Shown piece by piece: positions 38,295-47,353 of a stretch of 64,000 bases of DNA; position 1 is the first letter of the stretch, and every line of letters starts with the position of its first letter. The stretch spans positions 20,497 to 84,496 of the forward strand of contig JAGWWH010000003.1 in the NCBI GenBank assembly GCA_018970485.1. Reading direction: 5' to 3'. The stretch comes from Pseudomonadota bacterium (GTDB lineage Bacteria; Pseudomonadota; Alphaproteobacteria; Rickettsiales; UBA1997). Below the pieces are notes generated by a model that saw only the letters and a program-made list of their open reading frames with translations, did not search any database and was not told the DNA's origin. The position numbers and the translations under genes were made by a program.

Positions 38295-38329
38295 TTTTGT
38301 AAATCTCTATTGCATCACTCTCTAATTTA

Positions 38330-38431
38330 TCACCCCGTCGAATGACGAGGTCCATTTAGCTGCGAGTAGTTTTGTAAAAAATTAAATACTGAATTTGTGA
38401 CAAGGTGAATCCCGTAATTTCGACGGGGTGA
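38330..38431. repeat. palindromic element, family C
   Basis: TCACCCCGTCGAA at 38330-38342 and its perfect reverse complement TTCGACGGGGTGA at 38419-38431. Confidence 0.7.
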
Positions 38432-38501
38432 CATTTGGGATAATATTTGAGAGCAACTTAAGCTTGGGATATTCAATTTGAACGGGAATTTTTTAACAAT
38501 T

Positions 38502-38631
38502 CTCGGGATCTGCGCCTACGCAGGAGTAACATTTAAACCATGTCGTCATCCTTGAATTACACAGCAATTTGAGGATCTCAGGAGTTGAGCACTTACTCCC
38601 AACGTCATCCCCGCGAAGGCGGGGATCCAGG
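38502..38631. repeat. family A palindromic element copies (degenerate copies plus one intact half)
   Basis: Intact half CGTCATCCCCGCGAAGGCGGGGATCCAGG at 38603-38631. Degenerate relatives lie at about 38502-38530 and 38542-38583. Confidence 0.6.
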
Positions 38632-38745
38632 AGAACTACCCTAATATTTAATTAGTATGCTGTCCCCGGATTAATTAAATTGTCCCCGGATTAATTCAGG
38701 AGAACTACCCTAATATTTAATTAGTATGCTGTCCCCGGATTAATT
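38628..38745. repeat. perfect 49-bp direct repeat (2 copies, 20 bp apart)
   Basis: CAGGAGAACTACCCTAATATTTAATTAGTATGCTGTCCCCGGATTAATT at 38628-38676 and 38697-38745. Confidence 0.85.
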
Positions 38746-38917
38746 AATTCTAAATAGCATCAAAGACCAACTCATTACTTTTGGCAGTAATCGAAATATT
38801 GAAACAATACTAAAAAGTAACTTATCCACGTCGGATGAGAATAATCCGAATACGAACAATCCGCAGGAATAATCCGGTGACGAATAATCCGGTGACAATA
38901 ATCCGGTGACAGTATAC
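38655..38917. mobile_element. cargo-less miniature element with 21-22 bp inverted termini and multiple subterminal repeats
   Basis: GTATGCTGTCCCCGGATTAATT (38655-38676) matches the reverse complement of 38897-38917, GTATACTGTCACCGGATTATT. Extra core copies lie at both ends. No ORF is inside. Confidence 0.4.
38840..38911. repeat. tandem 14-15 bp repeat, 5 copies
   Basis: AATAATCCGGTGAC is perfect at 38868, 38883 and 38897. Degenerate copies start at 38840 and 38855. Confidence 0.8.
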
Positions 38918-38934
38918 CAATTCTCATCCCCCCC

Positions 38935-39755
38935 TCAAATCCTAATCAATCTCTTCGCTAGACCACTCCCCACCAACGACTTCATCTGCGAAATCGCGAT
39001 CTCGTTTAGTTTTTTTATCCTCTCACCTTGAGGTAATTTTTGCTTGATCAGAATTGAATTAAGACTTTCCAAATTCGTCATCGCAACAAGCTGCTCTAAG
39101 CTCGCATTATCTCTTAAATTTCCTTCAAGATTAGGATTTTCATCACGAAATTCAGTGGCGGTTTTGCCGAATAAAGCGACGTTTAGTAGATCTGCTTCGC
39201 CAGCATAAATTGCCGATGTTTGTTGCTTTGAAATTATCTGCGGAATCAGATTTTCTTTGATGGCGTCGGTGTGAATGCGGTAATTTATTTTCGCTAAAGT
39301 GCGCTGCAAATTCCATTCGAGTTTGAGGCGGGAATTTTCATCTTCTTTGAGATGTTGGAATTCTTTGATGAGATAAAATTTAAACTCAGCTGAAACCCAA
39401 GAAGCAAATTCAAAGGCGATATCTTTGTAAGCATAAGTGCCGCCTTATCTTCCGGCTGCAGCTTTCAAGCCAATCGCGCCGGTTTTTTCAACCCATTCTT
39501 TGACGCTGATTTTGTAATTATTCAATCCGGCCCGACTTTTAATTATGGCAAATTCGCCATAAATTTGGATTGTAAACACTTTCCCAGATGCCGAGGAACT
39601 CAACGGTATTGCGATTTCTTAACCAGTCAGAAATGAAGAATTCACCGTCTTTAGCTCGCAACATATCAGTGAGGGAGATGTAGTCGCCTTCTTCAGATTG
39701 CAAAATTGTGACTTCAATATTTTTTACCGTGATGGTTTGGTTTTTGTTTTTTCAT
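38935..39755 (-). pseudogene. KilA-N domain protein pseudogene (phage/mobile-element type)
   Basis: Three frames must be joined: ITVKNIEVTILQSEEGDYISLTDMLRAKDGEFFISDWLRNRNTVEFLGIWESVYNPN / GEFAIIKSRAGLNNYKISVKEWVEKTGAIGLKAAAGR*GGTYAYKDIAFEFASWVSAEFKFYLIKEFQHLKED / ...LQRTLAKINYRIHTDAIKENLIP. There are frameshifts near 39735 and 39567 and an in-frame TAA near 39445-39447. Confidence 0.75.
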
Positions 39756-39797
39756 GGGTGATGAAAATTTGGTTAAAGATTTAAGGGTTTTTTAGGA

Positions 39798-41642
39798 CTA
39801 CTCCACCGTCACCGACTTCGCTAAATTCCGCGGTTGATCAACATCATTTCCTTTGAAAAGCGCAACGTAGTAAGCGAGTAGCTGCGTTGAAATCACTGGC
39901 AGCAAGGCTTCTTGGATGATTCCAGAAGTCTCAGGAATCTCTAATTTTGCCGCGGCCATTTTGCCGAATTGTTCGATTCCTAAGCGGTCACTGATGAAGA
40001 TTATTTTTCCACCGCGGGCGTTAACTTCTTCGGCGTTTGAAACTGTTTTTTCGAATAAATTATTTCTCAAATTTCCTTTGGGCGCGAGAACAATTACCGG
40101 CATTTTTTTGTCGATTAGAGCGATCGTTCCGTGCTTCAATTCTCCGGCGGCAATTCCTTGTGCGTCGATGTAGGAAAGTTCGCGCATTTTGAGCGCGGCT
40201 TCAAAAGAAGTTACCTGCGAAATTCCGCGACCGATGTAGAGCATGTGTTTAGCGCTGGTCAGAGTTTTTGCGACTTTTTTGATGTTTCTGATGTTGGTTT
40301 GTTCAAGTAGACGACTGATCTTCAATCCAGATTCTGCAAGCTCTTGCAGTAATTTTATTTTTTGTTTTGGCGAAACTTTGCCGCGCAAAAATCCGAAATG
40401 AATAGCAAGCAAAGACAAAACAGAAATCTGCGCCGTGTAAGCCTTGGTTGAAGCCACACCAATTTCTAGGCCAGCAACTGTACGAATCACCACATCTGAA
40501 AGTTGTGCCATTGAGCTGTGAGCAACATTCACTATCGATAAAATTTTCTGCTTATTCGCTTTTGCATATTTTAGTGCGGCCAATGTATCTGCAGTTTCGC
40601 CCGACTGTGAAACGAAAATCATCAGGTTGTCTTTACGAAAAGGATGAGCGCGATATCTGAATTCAGAAGCGATATCAACTTCAACTTCTAAGCCCGCAAT
40701 TTCTTCAATTAAATATTTCGCAGCGAGACCGGAATAGTAAGAAGTTCCGCAGGCAACGATGGTGATTTTTTCGATCGCAGCGAGATCGAAGGAAAAATTA
40801 GGCAAATAAATTTCACCATTATTTAAGTCGGCATAAGTCTGAATTGTTTCCTCCAAAACTCTTGGCTGTTCGTGAATTTCTTTGAGCATAAAATGGGCGT
40901 AACCATCTTTGGTAACCCTGTTATTTTCTGACTCCATCAACTTCGCTTCTCTAACAATTTCGCGCCCAGAATTATTAAAAATTTGAACCGAATCTGCTGA
41001 AACTAAAGCGATCTCATCATCTTCTAAAAGCGCGATTTTATTGGTGTGAGTAGCTAGCGCGTAATAATCGGAAGCGACATAATTTTCTCCCTTACCAAAT
41101 CCTAAAACTATCGGCGAACCACGTTTGGCAACAGCAATCACGTCGGGATTTTCTCTAAAAATTACCGCAAGCGCGAAAGTTCCCTGAATTTCTTTTGTAG
41201 CTGCGATTAATGATTTCTTGATGTCACTAGTTTTAGAAAAATGTTGTTCGATTAAATGAGGCACAACCTCAGTATCAGTTTCGCTTAGAAATTTTACGCC
41301 GGATTTTTTCAATTTTTCCCGCAACTCTTGGTAGTTTTCGATAATTCCATTGTGAACCAAACAAACTTTTGAAGAGGCGTGCGGATGTGCGTTTTGCTTG
41401 CTTGGACGACCATGTGTTGCCCAGCGTGTGTGACCAATTCCGATTGTAGATTTTAACTTTTCTTTCTTAAGAGCAGATTCAAGACGAGTGATTTTTCCTT
41501 CTTCTTTTACAGTCTTAAATTTTCCTTCGATCAACACCGAAATGCCAGCTGAATCGTAGCCGCGATATTCGAGTTTTTTTAGACCATCAATAATGATTTC
41601 AGTTGAATTTTTGCTACCAACTACACCAACGATTCCGCACAT
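39798..41642 (-). CDS. glmS: glutamine--fructose-6-phosphate aminotransferase
   Basis: MCGIVG start, SIS domains and the C-terminal LAKSVTVE. Confidence 0.97.
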   Translation of the reverse strand: MCGIVGVVGSKNSTEIIIDGLKKLEYRGYDSAGISVLIEGKFKTVKEEGKITRLESALKKEKLKSTIGIGHTRWATHGRPSKQNAHPHASSKVCLVHNGIIENYQELREKLKKSGVKFLSETDTEVVPHLIEQHFSKTSDIKKSLIAATKEIQGTFALAVIFRENPDVIAVAKRGSPIVLGFGKGENYVASDYYALATHTNKIALLEDDEIALVSADSVQIFNNSGREIVREAKLMESENNRVTKDGYAHFMLKEIHEQPRVLEETIQTYADLNNGEIYLPNFSFDLAAIEKITIVACGTSYYSGLAAKYLIEEIAGLEVEVDIASEFRYRAHPFRKDNLMIFVSQSGETADTLAALKYAKANKQKILSIVNVAHSSMAQLSDVVIRTVAGLEIGVASTKAYTAQISVLSLLAIHFGFLRGKVSPKQKIKLLQELAESGLKISRLLEQTNIRNIKKVAKTLTSAKHMLYIGRGISQVTSFEAALKMRELSYIDAQGIAAGELKHGTIALIDKKMPVIVLAPKGNLRNNLFEKTVSNAEEVNARGGKIIFISDRLGIEQFGKMAAAKLEIPETSGIIQEALLPVISTQLLAYYVALFKGNDVDQPRNLAKSVTVE

Positions 41643-41831
41643 TTTTTAGTACTTATTTAAGTTGAACCAAACCTTGTCAGAGTAAGTGGGAAGAGAGGGA
41701 AGTAAATTGTAATCTTTTGTAAAGTTTGTTAGTAACTAGTAACAAGTTGCACACAAAACTTCAGAAAATAGAAAACTCTTTTCTGAGAAGTTTCAGCAAT
41801 TTTTTACTCCTTGTAATCTTTAACAAAACAG

Positions 41832-43070
41832 ATGCGAAGCCGCTTATTTACTATTCTCGTGCTTTGTCTTTTTTCTTCTTCTCTTTTTGCACAAACCTCA
41901 GATTTCTCGCTAAAAAATATTCAATTTAACGAAAAAAATTTAATCGAGATTAACTTCGAAAACAGATCAGAGACAAAAGAAATCAACCCTGAAAACAACA
42001 TCAGTTTTAAATTTTTGATTCTTACTAATCCCGATCGATTAGTGATCGACATCAAAAATGCCAAGCTCGCTAATCCAGATTACAAGCCATCTCTTCCCTT
42101 CTTCATAAAATCTTTTCGTAGCCGAGTAGAAGATAATTCTTTGCGTTTAGTCTTTGATTTAACGCAAAAAATTTCGGTAAAAAATTCAACTTTCAAACCC
42201 AACTCTAAACAAATTATCGCAGAAATTATTGGTGTAAAAGAACAAGAAAAAGACCTCGATTTTTTTGTAAAAAAAGTTGAAGAATTTGACGTTGAAACCA
42301 CAAAAATCGCTAATCCGGACGGATCATCGAAATATCTAATCAAAAAAACTCCAAAACAATTTAGCGAAGCAAAAAACAAAAAAATTCCAACGATCGTAAT
42401 CGACGCGGGACACGGCGGAAAAGATCCAGGAACGATCGGGATTTTCGCTCGCACCAAAGAAAAAGATTTAACCCTCGCCTACGCCAAAGAGCTAGGCAAG
42501 CATCTAGTCAATACCAAGAACTACAAAGTTTATTTAACTCGCGACACCGACACTTTTTTACCTTTAAAAACCCGCGTCGAAAAAGCGCGTAAGAAAAAAG
42601 CAGACCTCTTTATTTCTCTTCACGTTAACGCAATTGACGATCACAACGTTTCAGGATTTTCGATTTACACTCTCTCTGAAAAATCTTCCGACAAACAAGC
42701 AGAGCTTCTTGCACAAAAAGAAAATCGCGCCGACATCCTCAATGGAGTTAACTTCAACGGAGCGAGTCCCGATATCTTAAAAACACTGATTGATATGTCG
42801 CAGCGCGAATCTAAAAATAGCTCGTCGCGCTTTGCCAATACTGTGATTCTCTCGGTTCGCAAATCTGAAATTGATATCCTGCAAAACACTCACCGCTTTG
42901 CCGGATTCGCCGTTTTAACCGCGCCGGACATGTCTTCGGTTTTAATTGAACTCGGTTACCTCTCTAACAAGGAAGAAGAAAAATTGCTCAACTCTCTGAG
43001 CTACAAACGTAAAGTCGCGGCAAGCTTGGTTAAAGCGATCGACGAATTCTTTACAAAAAACCGAATATAA
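41832..43070 (+). CDS. N-acetylmuramoyl-L-alanine amidase with N-terminal AMIN-like domain (AmiC-type)
   Basis: Signal peptide, RLVIDIKNAKL-type AMIN segment, and amidase_3 motifs IDAGHGGKDPG and SLHVNA. Confidence 0.85.
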   Translation: MRSRLFTILVLCLFSSSLFAQTSDFSLKNIQFNEKNLIEINFENRSETKEINPENNISFKFLILTNPDRLVIDIKNAKLANPDYKPSLPFFIKSFRSRVEDNSLRLVFDLTQKISVKNSTFKPNSKQIIAEIIGVKEQEKDLDFFVKKVEEFDVETTKIANPDGSSKYLIKKTPKQFSEAKNKKIPTIVIDAGHGGKDPGTIGIFARTKEKDLTLAYAKELGKHLVNTKNYKVYLTRDTDTFLPLKTRVEKARKKKADLFISLHVNAIDDHNVSGFSIYTLSEKSSDKQAELLAQKENRADILNGVNFNGASPDILKTLIDMSQRESKNSSSRFANTVILSVRKSEIDILQNTHRFAGFAVLTAPDMSSVLIELGYLSNKEEEKLLNSLSYKRKVAASLVKAIDEFFTKNRI

Positions 43071-43071
43071 A

Positions 43072-44298
43072 ATGATCAGGGTCGCAATTCTAATACTGGC
43101 CATCTCTACTCTGATCAGCTCTACCGGACTTTGCAAAGATTACAGTATTGAAGAATTGCTAGACGTCGCAGCACAAAATAGCGCAAATATTCGTTCTGCT
43201 GAATATCTGGCGAAATCACAAAAACACTTGGCCAATCAACAAAAATATTGGAACAACCCATCTGTTGAATTTGGCAAAATTGGCGGACAGGAAACTTACG
43301 GGATTAATCAATCGATACCTTTCTACAACAAACTACAGAATAAGTATGACATCGAAGATGCTCAGTATCGAGCGCTTGATGTAAGAAGGGAAAATCTCGC
43401 CCTCTTTGTAAAGGCCGACCTATTTTCTTTACTCTACCAATATCAAGGCCTGAAGAAAAAAATTGAACTAACCAAGAAACGCCTAAATCGATTATCTCTA
43501 GTCGATAAATATCTCACCACAATCGTATTAAGTTCACCGACCAAAAAGGCTCAATCCAGAATCACCAAAGATCGCATCAATTTAGTCGAACGCGACCTAA
43601 TAAAACTTCAAAACAAACTCTACCAAACTTGGAACGCTGCGAATGTTTATCTCAACCTCGAAAGCGAGCCAAACGAAATCATCGATTTTCAGTGGCTAAG
43701 CGACAAAAATTATCAGGGGAAAAAATTCCTCATCAACGCAGCACTAGAAAATAACTTACAACTGAAGGAACAAAAAATTCTGATCAGCAAAGCAAAATCA
43801 GAATTATCTTATGCAAAAATCGAGCAGATGCCCGACATCAATATTTCAGCAACTAGACAAGCTGGATCAAGTGCTTCTGGGATCAGCAATGGCAACAGCT
43901 CGAATGGAATTGGCCTCTCTCTTTCACTGCCACTGATAAATCGTAATCAAGAAAAAATCGTCTCATCCGAATCGCAAATAAAATCACAAGAAGCGACTCT
44001 AGAATTTGAACGCAACCAGCTAATTCAGCTTATCAGCAATGATATTAGTCAGTATGAAACTTCATTAAAGCTTACTAAAAATTTTCCGATTACCCAAATC
44101 GACAAAACAATTGATCGCTTGTCCACGGCAAATTCGGACTTCAAAAAAGGTGTTTTAGATTTCATCACCTACATCGAATTAGACTCTCAAGAATATCAAA
44201 TAATCGACACGATAATCGACACTCAAATCGATCTCGCTTCTTCCTATTCATCACTAATGACGAAAGTCGGCAGCTTTACTATCCCTAGTCAAAAATAA
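43072..44298 (+). CDS. TolC/CzcC-like outer membrane efflux factor
   Basis: Signal peptide and two OEP-type coiled repeats. It lies directly upstream of the RND pump. Confidence 0.75.
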   Translation: MIRVAILILAISTLISSTGLCKDYSIEELLDVAAQNSANIRSAEYLAKSQKHLANQQKYWNNPSVEFGKIGGQETYGINQSIPFYNKLQNKYDIEDAQYRALDVRRENLALFVKADLFSLLYQYQGLKKKIELTKKRLNRLSLVDKYLTTIVLSSPTKKAQSRITKDRINLVERDLIKLQNKLYQTWNAANVYLNLESEPNEIIDFQWLSDKNYQGKKFLINAALENNLQLKEQKILISKAKSELSYAKIEQMPDINISATRQAGSSASGISNGNSSNGIGLSLSLPLINRNQEKIVSSESQIKSQEATLEFERNQLIQLISNDISQYETSLKLTKNFPITQIDKTIDRLSTANSDFKKGVLDFITYIELDSQEYQIIDTIIDTQIDLASSYSSLMTKVGSFTIPSQK

Positions 44299-44299
44299 A

Positions 44300-47200
44300 A
44301 TGATCGAAGCTCTTTTCAGAAAAATTTTCGAATTGAAATGGTATGTATTACTCATTTTTGGCTGCGTTTCTCTATTCGGATTTTACTCGCTTAGTCAGAT
44401 TAAAATTGATGCGATTCCTGACATCACAAACAAACAAGTAATCGTAAATACAAAAACCTTTTCGATGGATCCGACCAAGGTTGAGAAGGCAGTAACCTAC
44501 CCTATCGAAACTCAACTTTACGGAATTCCTAATCTGATTGAGATGCGCTCAATCTCAAAATTCGGCCTCTCGCAAATAATTCTAATTTTTGATGACAAGG
44601 TAGATATTTACTTCGCTCGCAACCAAGTGATGCAGAGACTTTCTTCAGTTCGCGACCAAATTCCAGCCGGCACGACGCCAGAGATTGCGCCACTTACGAC
44701 TGGTATTGGCGAGATTTTAATGTATCGCGTCTACAACTCAAAATCGGAAAATTCTGCTACTGAAAATGAGCTAATTAAATTGAGAACAACTCAAGAATAT
44801 CAGATCGTTCGCGAGTTAAAAAAAATTAAAGGCGTAGCAGAAGTTGATACGATCGGCGGATTTGAACGCGAACTTCACCTAAATCTTATTCCAGAAAAAT
44901 TGATCACTTATGGAATGACTCCGGAAAAGCTGATCAATCAAATTCAGACGGTTGGGGAGAGTTTTGGTGGTGGCTACATCGAAGAGGACGACAAACAAAA
45001 AATAGTCAGAACCTTTGCAGATATTAATGATTTTGAAGATGTGATGAACATCCCAATCAAGATTGATTACACCGGAAAACAACTGCCGTTAAGACATATT
45101 GTTGAAGTCTGTCAAAATTATTCCCAAAGGCTTGGGGCCGCAACTTACAAAGGCAAAGAGGCGGTGATCGGAACAGTAATGATGCAATCTGGCGAGAATG
45201 CAAAAGAGGTTTTAACCAAAGTCAAAAACGAAATTAAAAAACTGAATCAAAATCTAGGAGATACAAAAATCGAGATTCTCTACGACCGCCAATTCTTGAT
45301 CGACTCAACAATCAAAACCGTAATGAAAAATCTAGCAGAAGGAATTCTGTTGGTAATCGCCGTGCTTTGCCTGCTGTTAGGGGATTTTAAAGTTGGTATG
45401 ATCGTTGCCTCATCTTTGCTATTTTGTATTTTAGCTCTCGCCGCTTGCATGAATATTTTTAATATTTCAGCGAATCTAATGAGCCTTGGAGCCATTGATT
45501 TTGGTTTACTCGTAGATTCTTCAGTAGTTCTCGTCGAATACATTGTTGCCAATCTACTCTTACAAAAAAGCAAATCAGAAAAAGAGAAATCGATCATCGG
45601 TTTATCCTCGCAAGTTGCCAAACCGATAATCTTTGGAATCGTAATAATAACCTTGGTTTACGTACCAATTTTAATGTTTTCTGGAATCGAAGGAAAAACA
45701 TTCAAACCCATGGCAATCAACGTAATCATTGCAATGATTACCAGCCTCGCGGTCGCGATTCTATTGATGCCAATCCTAGCCTATTTTTTTATTAAAGGGG
45801 GATCTAGCCACCAGCAAAATAAGCTTTTTTCAGCTGTAAAATTACGCTACGAAAAACTCCTCAATTCCTCTCTTAGGAATGGAAAACTAGTAATTAAGCT
45901 TTGCGCCGGATTTTTTATTTTATCGATCGCACTACTAATCTTCATGCCTTCCGACTTTTTACCAAGTTTGAATGAGGGCGACATTGTTTACACAATAGCT
46001 ACGAAAGAAGGATCGAGCCTTTCAAAAACCGTCAGAGTTGTAGCTGAAATTGAACAGAAACTTTCTGAGGAAAAAGAAATTGAAAAAATATTTTCTCGCT
46101 TAGGAGTGAGTCAATCTGGACTCGATTTAATGCCTCAAAACTCATCCGACTCTTTTGTTCTTCTTAAAAAAGAATTCAAAAATGATGCCAAAAAAATCTC
46201 GGAAAAACTCTACAAAAAAATCAAAGAATTTTGTCCTGAATGCGAAGTAACTCAATCGCAACCTATTGAGATGAGATTTAATGAGATGCTAGAAGGAAGT
46301 AGGGCTGACCTATCTCTAAAAATATTCGGTGAAAACTTGGAAGAGCTAATTTCAATCACTGAAAAAATAAAAGATCTGCTGCGAAAAAATGAAAATATTA
46401 AAGAAATCGAGAAGGATTTTATTAACTCAATTCGTCGCGGAAATTTTGTTGATGTAGCGCCAAATTATGGCGAAATAGCTCGTCATCAAATTGCAATTTC
46501 CAACGTTAATAATGATCTCAAAAACGCGATGGCGGGAATTCAGGTTGGTAATTTTTACGCTACAGAATTTCCAATTTCGATCGTGATGCATCTAAGCGAG
46601 AAGAATAGAAATGACATCGCCGCAATCGGCAAAATTCCCGTAAGCCTTAGTGACGGCGGAAGTTTCCCTTTAGAAAAAGTTACCAACATCCAAGAAAGTG
46701 AAGACGTAACTTCAATTCCGAGGCTTTTTGGAAAAAGATATTCGAGCCTTTCGATCTACTTAAAAAATACCAACTACGCCTCTTTTATCCAAAACGCCCA
46801 GGAAGAAATCGAAAAAAATAAAATTCTACCAAATGGCTACCACCTTGAGTGGGGTGGTAGATTTGAAAATCTCAACAACGCCAAAAAGCAAATATTTTTG
46901 GTGGTTCCTTTGGTTATTTTGGCGATTTTTTTCATGCTCTACAAAATGTTTGGTGAGATCAAAAGAGTGCTAATCGTATTTTCCTCAGTTCCTTTCGCAT
47001 TAAGTGGAGCGATTGTTCTCTTATTCATCTGTCAAATTCCGATCACCATTTCTGTCTACATCGGATTTATTGCCCTGACTGGAATTAGTCTTTTAAACTC
47101 AATAATTCTAATCGACACCTTCAGAGCAAATAGCGATCTAAAACTTTCTTGCCTGACAAGATTAAAACCAATCTCAATGACTGCGATCGTTGCCAGTCTT

Positions 47201-47353
47201 GGCTTCTTACCCATGGCTTTTGGCCACGGAATCGGCGCGGAAGTTCAGCAGCCAATTGCAATTACGGTCATTGGCGGAATAATCAGCTCAACCTTCACAA
47301 CACTAATCCTCAGTCCAGTTCTGCTGAAAGAATTCGTTACAAAAAATAAATGA
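44300..47353 (+). CDS. CusA/CzcA-type (HME) RND efflux pump
   Basis: 1017 aa and 12 TM segments. The N-terminal IDAIPDITNKQVIV...VTYPIE...DIYFARNQV...TGIGEILMY pattern is typical of CzcA/CusA. Confidence 0.88.
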   Translation: MIEALFRKIFELKWYVLLIFGCVSLFGFYSLSQIKIDAIPDITNKQVIVNTKTFSMDPTKVEKAVTYPIETQLYGIPNLIEMRSISKFGLSQIILIFDDKVDIYFARNQVMQRLSSVRDQIPAGTTPEIAPLTTGIGEILMYRVYNSKSENSATENELIKLRTTQEYQIVRELKKIKGVAEVDTIGGFERELHLNLIPEKLITYGMTPEKLINQIQTVGESFGGGYIEEDDKQKIVRTFADINDFEDVMNIPIKIDYTGKQLPLRHIVEVCQNYSQRLGAATYKGKEAVIGTVMMQSGENAKEVLTKVKNEIKKLNQNLGDTKIEILYDRQFLIDSTIKTVMKNLAEGILLVIAVLCLLLGDFKVGMIVASSLLFCILALAACMNIFNISANLMSLGAIDFGLLVDSSVVLVEYIVANLLLQKSKSEKEKSIIGLSSQVAKPIIFGIVIITLVYVPILMFSGIEGKTFKPMAINVIIAMITSLAVAILLMPILAYFFIKGGSSHQQNKLFSAVKLRYEKLLNSSLRNGKLVIKLCAGFFILSIALLIFMPSDFLPSLNEGDIVYTIATKEGSSLSKTVRVVAEIEQKLSEEKEIEKIFSRLGVSQSGLDLMPQNSSDSFVLLKKEFKNDAKKISEKLYKKIKEFCPECEVTQSQPIEMRFNEMLEGSRADLSLKIFGENLEELISITEKIKDLLRKNENIKEIEKDFINSIRRGNFVDVAPNYGEIARHQIAISNVNNDLKNAMAGIQVGNFYATEFPISIVMHLSEKNRNDIAAIGKIPVSLSDGGSFPLEKVTNIQESEDVTSIPRLFGKRYSSLSIYLKNTNYASFIQNAQEEIEKNKILPNGYHLEWGGRFENLNNAKKQIFLVVPLVILAIFFMLYKMFGEIKRVLIVFSSVPFALSGAIVLLFICQIPITISVYIGFIALTGISLLNSIILIDTFRANSDLKLSCLTRLKPISMTAIVASLGFLPMAFGHGIGAEVQQPIAITVIGGIISSTFTTLILSPVLLKEFVTKNK

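Noticed and set aside
38822-38830. DnaA-box-like TTATCCACG upstream of dnaB
   Set aside because: It is a single near-consensus box inside the miniature element. There is no cluster or AT-rich unwinding element to suggest an origin.
38628-38917. Possible CRISPR array
   Set aside because: The repeats are 14-22 bp with spacers of 0-33 bp and occur in both orientations. There is no regular repeat-spacer periodicity and there are no cas genes.
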